Assembly (NCBI GenBank): GCA_030706385.1
Contig: JAUZOQ010000001.1
Span: 5,575 to 69,574, forward strand
Direction: 5' to 3'
Origin: Bacteroidota bacterium
Lineage (GTDB): Bacteria > Bacteroidota > Ignavibacteria > Palsa-1295
DNA: 64,000 nt
Position 1 is the first letter of the stretch. The number at the start of each line of letters is the position of its first letter. Shown here piece after piece: positions 58,783 through 64,000 of the stretch. Both the position numbers and the translations under genes were made by a program. The notes beneath the pieces were generated by a model. The model ran no database searches. It saw only the letters and a list, made by a program, of their open reading frames with translations, and was not told the origin of the DNA.

Positions 58783-60132
58783 ATGCAGACACGCGGCAAA
58801 CGCTTCACCGTTCTTGGAGCGGGGAAGTCGGGTCTGGCAAGCGTGAGGCTCCTGCTGAAGCATCGCGCAAAGGTATTCGTCTCTGACTCACAAAAAGCTT
58901 CGAAGGCTGCCGATGCTAAGAAAGAGCTTGAAGAACTCGGCGTTCCTTTTGAATTTGGAGCGAACTCCCACAAAGTTCTGGAATCTGATACGATAATTAT
59001 TAGCCCGGGAGTTCCTCTTGGCATTCCCATTCTTGAACTTGCACGAACAAAACATATTCCCATCATTGGTGAGATCGAACTTGCTTCTGGATTTGCAGAA
59101 GCGCCTATCGTGGCCATCACAGGCACGAACGGCAAAACCACTACGACAACACTTACCGGCGAGATATTCAAAGATGCTGGGTGGGGCGTAGTCGTTGCCG
59201 GCAATATCGGAACAGCATTTGCCGACGTAGTCGAACAAACCGTCGGAGAGAAAGCAGTGAATGTTCTTGAAGTCTCGAGCTTCCAGCTTGATGCCATAAA
59301 AGAATTTCGACCAAAAGTAGCTGCATTGCTTAATATCACGCCAGATCATCTCGATAGATATAAGAATTACGAAGCCTACATTCAATCGAAGTTTCGGATT
59401 GCGGAAAATCAGAAGGGGCATGATATTTTCATCTATAATCATGATGATGAAGTTGTTCGCAATTTTGCCGAGACGGTAAATGTCAGAACGCTGGGGTTTT
59501 CAATCACGGACACTCTGAAGCAAGGGGCATTCCTCAACGATGGAATGCTCGTCATTCGGTTCGGCAGAGAACGCGAAGAAGTGATCGACCCTCAGAAGAT
59601 CGGCATCCCTGGTCCGCATAACCTCATGAATGCGATGGCGGCTGTCCTGATCGCCAAATCACTTGGAGTAGAATACGAAAGCATCCGAAAAACGCTTGTG
59701 AACTTCAAAGGCGTCGAACATCGCATCGAATTTGTCCGCGAATTCAAAGGCGTGAAGTATTACAATGACTCGAAAGCGACGAATGTCGATTCAGTCAAAT
59801 ATGCGCTGCAAAGTTTCAAAGAACCTATCGTTCTGATTGCCGGCGGAAAGGATAAGGGAAATGATTACTCTGCGATCAAAGAACTTATACAAAAGCATGT
59901 GAAAGCAATTATTACAGTCGGCGATGGAGCAAAGAATATTGAAAAAGCCTTCAAAGGCATTGTTCCGATCCATCCTGCCGACTACTCAATGGAAAAAGCT
60001 GTTGAGATTGCAGCTTCATCAGCCGATAGAGGTGATGTTGTTCTTCTCTCCCCTGCTTGTGCAAGCTTCGATATGTTCGATAACTACGAGCATCGGGGCA
60101 AAGTATTCAAAGATATTGTTAACTCGTTATAA
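58783..60132 (+). CDS. murD: UDP-N-acetylmuramoylalanine--D-glutamate ligase
   Basis: N-terminal Rossmann (FTVLGAGKSGLASVRLL) and Mur ligase P-loop ITGTNGKTTTTTL, 449 aa. Confidence 0.92.
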   Translation: MQTRGKRFTVLGAGKSGLASVRLLLKHRAKVFVSDSQKASKAADAKKELEELGVPFEFGANSHKVLESDTIIISPGVPLGIPILELARTKHIPIIGEIELASGFAEAPIVAITGTNGKTTTTTLTGEIFKDAGWGVVVAGNIGTAFADVVEQTVGEKAVNVLEVSSFQLDAIKEFRPKVAALLNITPDHLDRYKNYEAYIQSKFRIAENQKGHDIFIYNHDDEVVRNFAETVNVRTLGFSITDTLKQGAFLNDGMLVIRFGREREEVIDPQKIGIPGPHNLMNAMAAVLIAKSLGVEYESIRKTLVNFKGVEHRIEFVREFKGVKYYNDSKATNVDSVKYALQSFKEPIVLIAGGKDKGNDYSAIKELIQKHVKAIITVGDGAKNIEKAFKGIVPIHPADYSMEKAVEIAASSADRGDVVLLSPACASFDMFDNYEHRGKVFKDIVNSL

Positions 60133-60135
60133 GCC

Positions 60136-61272
60136 ATGAAACCACGCAAGACTGCAGATATCAGTCTCTTCCTGACCGTTACGGGCTTGCTGCTGGCTTC
60201 ACTTGCATTCGTCTACACGGCAAGCGCCTCGTTCAGCGTCGCCAAAACGGCAACAAGCGAAGGTATGCTCTTTAAACATGCCACAAAAGTGATCCTTGCA
60301 ATTATAGCCATGCTTGCATTCACAAAGATCGATTACCACAAGTACCAGTCTCATACAAAATGGCTGATGCTACTTGCAATCGCGTTCTTAGGCGCGGTTT
60401 TGGTGATCGGACATACTGAGCTTGGCGCAAAACGGTGGCTGCCATTAGGCCCATTTTCTTTTCAGCCGTCGGAATTTGTGAAGATCGCCCTTGTCCTTCA
60501 TATTGCATCTCTTTGTGCGGCGAAAAAGGAATTCATCGGGGATTTCAAACGCTCATTTCTGCCGATGATGATCTGGACTGGAGTTGCGGCAGTTCTGATT
60601 GCCAGGCAGCCTAACATGTCCAATGCAGCAGTACTGATGCTTCTTACCTTCGGTATCATGTTTGTAGCTCAGATGCCGATAAAGTATATGATGAGCACAG
60701 GCATGATTGCTATCCTTGGAGGTGGGATCTACCTTATGACTGCATGGTATCGCGTTCAGAGGATTCTTGCGTTCATGGGCCATGACAATGAGCATACTTC
60801 AAGGATCGGTTATCAGACGACACAGGCGATGATCGCTTTGGGAAACGGAGGCCTCTTCGGTGTAGGTATTGGACAATCGAGGCAAAGGGATTTCTACCTT
60901 CCGGAATCATATGGCGATTTTATCTACTCTGTTATTGGAGAAGAGTATGGATTCATCGGAGCGGCATTCCTTCTGATCATCTTCGCCTTTATCATCATTC
61001 GCGGAATTCAGATCGCTAAACATGCCCCTGACCCATTTGGGAGGTATGTGGCGTTCGGGATTACTATCATGCTTGGAGTCAACGCTTTGATCAATGCACT
61101 TGTTAATTCAGGGCTTATGCCTGTGACGGGTTTACCGATGCCATTCGTAAGTTACGGCGGCACAAGCATGATCTTCAGCGCTGCAGCCGTTGGAATCTTG
61201 CTCAATATTTCAAAGTACACGGAGACTCTTCCAAATCCGAAAAAGATCAGGCCATCTCTTCGCTTCTCGTAA
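60136..61272 (+). CDS. ftsW: peptidoglycan glycosyltransferase FtsW (SEDS family)
   Basis: 10-TM SEDS protein with the conserved C-terminal PxTGLPMPFVSYGGTSM motif. Confidence 0.9.
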   Translation: MKPRKTADISLFLTVTGLLLASLAFVYTASASFSVAKTATSEGMLFKHATKVILAIIAMLAFTKIDYHKYQSHTKWLMLLAIAFLGAVLVIGHTELGAKRWLPLGPFSFQPSEFVKIALVLHIASLCAAKKEFIGDFKRSFLPMMIWTGVAAVLIARQPNMSNAAVLMLLTFGIMFVAQMPIKYMMSTGMIAILGGGIYLMTAWYRVQRILAFMGHDNEHTSRIGYQTTQAMIALGNGGLFGVGIGQSRQRDFYLPESYGDFIYSVIGEEYGFIGAAFLLIIFAFIIIRGIQIAKHAPDPFGRYVAFGITIMLGVNALINALVNSGLMPVTGLPMPFVSYGGTSMIFSAAAVGILLNISKYTETLPNPKKIRPSLRFS

Positions 61273-62375
61273 TGATACAGAAGACCATCGTAATAGCTTC
61301 AGGCGGAACAGGGGGGCATTTGTACCCGACAATAGCTGTCGCTGAAGAGCTCAGAGATTCTCACCCCGAGATCAGAGTCGTCTTCGTTGGCACTTCAAAT
61401 CGTATTGAAGCTCGCGAAGTACCGAAAGCAGGATTTGAATTTCGACCGATTGAGATCAATGCTCCCGGGAAATCGCTCGTACATCTGCTAAAATTTCCAG
61501 TCCAGTATCAACGGGCCTATCGCCGATCACAAAAGATTCTACGCGAACTCAATGCAGGGGCTTTTTTGGGAGGTGGTGCATACCTGAGTGTTCCAGTTGC
61601 TTTTGCGGCGAAACGACAACGGATTCCGATCGCCATTTTGGAGATCAATGCAATTGCAGGAAGAGCGAATAAAGTAATCGCCGGAAGTGCAGACAAAATT
61701 TTCCTAAGTTATCCGGAAGCCTCGGTCGAATTTGCGAAGGTGCCGAGTACTAGGATTCAAATTATAGGTACTCCTGTACGTAAATTGCTAGAGAGGGGAT
61801 CTGTCGATCAAACTTCTGCAAGAATTCATTTCGGTCTCGATCCCGCAAAAAAGACCTTACTCGTATTTGGAGGTTCACTTGGAGCTCGTTCGCTTAACGA
61901 AGCAATGAGACGATCCATTAACCTCTTCTTGGACAGCAAGATGAATGTCATTTGGCAGACCGGGTCATCGGAAAGAATTTCCGAGATCGAAAGCAGTTAT
62001 TCGAATGCGGCCAATCTGGTAGTCAAAGAATTTATTTCTGAGATGCCAAGTGCCTATGCTGCCGCCGATCTGGTCGTAGCACGCGCAGGTGCATCAACCC
62101 TTGCCGAACTTGCTACTCTCGGTAAGCCTGCTATCCTGGTGCCCTACCCGCTCGCAGTCAAGAATCATCAGGAGATTAACGCCAGAGCCTACGAATCTAG
62201 CGGTGCTGCGATGATCATTCGAGATTCTGAACTTCCATCGAGGCTTGAGGCATCGGTACTTGAACTCATGCACAATGATGCCCGAAGAGCGGCCATGTCC
62301 GAAAAAATGCGGTCTCGGGAGAACATTACTGCCAGAAATGTTGTAGCAGAGTGGTTAGTACATCATTGTATTTAA
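61272..62375 (+). CDS. murG: UDP-N-acetylglucosamine--N-acetylmuramyl-(pentapeptide) pyrophosphoryl-undecaprenol N-acetylglucosamine transferase
   Basis: GT28 motifs (SGGTGGHLYPTIAVAEEL; GGSLGARSLN; AELATLGKPAILVPYP), 367 aa. Confidence 0.9.
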   Translation: MIQKTIVIASGGTGGHLYPTIAVAEELRDSHPEIRVVFVGTSNRIEAREVPKAGFEFRPIEINAPGKSLVHLLKFPVQYQRAYRRSQKILRELNAGAFLGGGAYLSVPVAFAAKRQRIPIAILEINAIAGRANKVIAGSADKIFLSYPEASVEFAKVPSTRIQIIGTPVRKLLERGSVDQTSARIHFGLDPAKKTLLVFGGSLGARSLNEAMRRSINLFLDSKMNVIWQTGSSERISEIESSYSNAANLVVKEFISEMPSAYAAADLVVARAGASTLAELATLGKPAILVPYPLAVKNHQEINARAYESSGAAMIIRDSELPSRLEASVLELMHNDARRAAMSEKMRSRENITARNVVAEWLVHHCI

Positions 62376-62389
62376 CGATCCGATGGCAA

Positions 62390-62887
62390 ATGGACGAAGC
62401 GCACAATACTTTTAAGTATAACTACAGATTTCTCTATCAATCGATAGCGGTTTATGCGACGACTTTGGCATCGTATATTCTGGTGCGAGGATTGCTCATC
62501 GAAAAAGAATTTGCACAAATCTTTCGTGATCCCGTCGTCTACCTTCTCTGCGCCATAATTATTTTCTCTTCAATGGCTGTCATCTATAATGCTGCAATGA
62601 GGCGTCGGATCGAGATTGCCAAAGATAAGATCTATTTGCGAGGTGCGCTTAGGGAAGTTACTATCGATATTGCAAGCGTGCGAAATATCCGCATAGGGAT
62701 CGAGCATCAGAGAGGTTTCATACCGAATACTCGAATTATCAAGATCCATCTAAAGGATCGACGCAGACCTGCATGGATCCGCACCTACAATTTTGAGCGC
62801 AGTGAAGAATTGTATCAAGCCATAAAGAAATGGGGTGGTGACCTTCTTTTAGTCCGGCCGCATCGCAAAAGGAGACGAAGTGCCTAA
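62390..62887 (+). CDS. small membrane protein with bacterial PH-like (DUF304/YdbS-like) C-terminal domain, inserted between murG and murC
   Basis: Two TM helices (SIAVYATTLASYILVRGLL; VVYLLCAIIIFSSMAVIYNAAM) followed by a basic beta-rich ~90-aa domain resembling bPH_2/DUF304. The nucleotide stretch looks AT-richer than its neighbours. ATG 62390 chosen; the track ORF starts at GTG 62351 overlapping murG. Its stop overlaps the murC GTG start. Confidence 0.45.
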   Translation: MDEAHNTFKYNYRFLYQSIAVYATTLASYILVRGLLIEKEFAQIFRDPVVYLLCAIIIFSSMAVIYNAAMRRRIEIAKDKIYLRGALREVTIDIASVRNIRIGIEHQRGFIPNTRIIKIHLKDRRRPAWIRTYNFERSEELYQAIKKWGGDLLLVRPHRKRRRSA

Positions 62888-64000
62888 GGTACATTTCATC
62901 GGTATCGGAGGTGCAGGTATGAGCGGGTTGGCCGAAATTCTTCTTGAGAGAGGAGTATCGGTTTCCGGAAGTGATCTTGCCGAGTCCGAGAAGACGAAGG
63001 AGCTCAGAAAACTCGGTGCCACGATTTATCTGGGACATAAGGCGGAGAATATTTCGGCAGATACCTCCACGGTTGTCTATACCTCTGCCGTCAAAGCGGC
63101 TCATAATATTGAGCTCGAAGTTGCCCAACGGCGGGGAATACGAGCGATCCGCCGGGCAGAGTTTCTGGCAGACCTCACCAAGGATCACAAACTCATTGCA
63201 GTTGCAGGGACTCATGGCAAAACGACGACGACAGCGATGATCGCTCACGTACTTCTTGAAGCCGGCCTCGATCCCTTCGTCTCTGTCGGAGCACGAATCA
63301 AAGAGTTGGGAATGAAGAACGCCCGATCGGGTGATGGTCATCTTGCAGTGGTGGAAGCGGATGAATATGACAGAAGTTTCCTAGCGCTCTCTCCCTTTAT
63401 AGCTGTCTTAACAACTCTTGAAGAGGAACATCTAGATATTTATAAGGATATTCAGGACTTACAAGATTCATTTATTGCATTCGCAAATCGATCTTCTCAA
63501 CCATCTGAGCAAGGATTTGCGATCATTAACATTGATGAAGTGCCTCTACGGGAAATCCTTGCACGTTTGAATAAGCGTATCGTGACGTTCGGGATCAGAT
63601 CATTGGAAGCAAAATATCGGGCCTCCGAGATCAACGCAGACGGCTTGGGAACACAGAGTATTATCCATCGTGGGGCCGATAGGTTAGGAGAACTGATACT
63701 TCAGATTCCCGGAAAGCATAATGTACAGAATGCATTAGCAGCTATCGCCGTTGCAGAAGTCTTAGCGATTCCATTTGAGATCGTACGAAAAGCACTTGCA
63801 TTTTTTGTCGGAGCAGAACGGAGAAGTCAGATCATCGGTCAAGAGGCAGGTATTTTAGTCATCGATGACTACGCTCATCATCCAACCGAGATTCGAGCTA
63901 CCCTTTCTGCGCTTCGCTCCGGGTATCCGGGCCGCAGACTCATCGCCATTTTCCAGCCTCATACATATTCTCGGACACGAGATTTCGCGAAGGAGTTTGC
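62880..64000 (+). CDS. murC: UDP-N-acetylmuramate--L-alanine ligase (3' end beyond window)
   Basis: GTG start at 62880 (VPKVHFIGIGGAGMSGLAEIL). Mur ligase P-loop AVAGTHGKTTTTAMIAHVL and the DDYAHHP motif. The frame is open to the window end. Confidence 0.9.
   Translation, partial: MPKVHFIGIGGAGMSGLAEILLERGVSVSGSDLAESEKTKELRKLGATIYLGHKAENISADTSTVVYTSAVKAAHNIELEVAQRRGIRAIRRAEFLADLTKDHKLIAVAGTHGKTTTTAMIAHVLLEAGLDPFVSVGARIKELGMKNARSGDGHLAVVEADEYDRSFLALSPFIAVLTTLEEEHLDIYKDIQDLQDSFIAFANRSSQPSEQGFAIINIDEVPLREILARLNKRIVTFGIRSLEAKYRASEINADGLGTQSIIHRGADRLGELILQIPGKHNVQNALAAIAVAEVLAIPFEIVRKALAFFVGAERRSQIIGQEAGILVIDDYAHHPTEIRATLSALRSGYPGRRLIAIFQPHTYSRTRDFAKEF

Noticed and set aside
1-64000. Window-wide scan for rRNA, tRNA, CRISPR arrays, transposases, integrases and restriction-modification or other defence genes
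   Set aside because: I found no GGTTCGAATCC-type tRNA T-arm motifs, no spaced direct-repeat arrays, and no DDE/tyrosine-recombinase or nuclease/helicase ORFs. All large ORFs are accounted for by housekeeping, envelope or secreted proteins.

Overview
This ~64 kb window looks like chromosomal DNA from a Gram-negative bacterium of the Bacteroidota/FCB-like (possibly Ignavibacteria/Chlorobi-group) lineage, at roughly 48-50% GC. That lineage call is an inference from two things visible in the sequence: four proteins end in type-IX-secretion (T9SS, Por_Secre_tail) C-terminal sorting domains, and lpxC is fused to fabZ, as in FCB-group bacteria.

Reading left to right, the window contains:
- An edge-truncated secreted repeat protein on the minus strand, which the ORF track misses.
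- A BNR-repeat T9SS cargo protein.
- A membrane-anchored HdrD/GlpC-like Fe-S oxidoreductase fused to a NarI-like domain.
- msrB, with a KirBac-type K+ channel overlapping its stop.
- elbB, an AcpA/PLC-family phosphoesterase and an M42 peptidase.
- A candidate redox island: a small membrane protein, a Tat+T9SS multicopper oxidase, two tandem CXXCH haem lipoproteins (cytochrome P460/c'-beta-like) and a divergent helical possible regulator.
- uppP, yidC, mnmE, mnmG (the last flanked by a repeated GTTCCACGTGGAAC palindrome) and murQ.
- A low-GC TlpA-like gene, livHM permeases without ATPase genes, and a HIT protein.
- cysS, then skp-skp-lpxD on the plus strand.
- An enoyl-CoA hydratase, dprA and a giant (~1250 aa) T9SS cargo protein.
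- A DUF2911/TPR protein.
- lpxA and the lpxC/fabZ fusion on the minus strand.
- Two YbgF/CpoB-like TPR lipoproteins around an outer-membrane beta-barrel, and two tandem branched-chain amino acid type substrate-binding proteins.
- A nearly complete dcw cluster: mraZ, rsmH, ftsL, ftsI, murE, murF, mraY, murD, ftsW, murG, murC.

I found no rRNA, tRNA, CRISPR array, transposase or integrase.

The observations most worth a second look are:
- Two low-GC hypothetical genes inserted inside the otherwise conserved dcw cluster (mraY|murD and murG|murC).
- The multicopper-oxidase/P460-like redox neighbourhood.
- An FtsI carrying two C-terminal PASTA domains.
- MraZ-box-like GTGGGG direct repeats upstream of mraZ.
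- Structured inverted-repeat leaders upstream of mnmE and ftsL.
- A (CGACAAT)x4 heptanucleotide tandem repeat inside a coding region.
- A split and inverted lipid-A gene cluster.

All calls rest on reading the translations and DNA by eye; no database searches were run.
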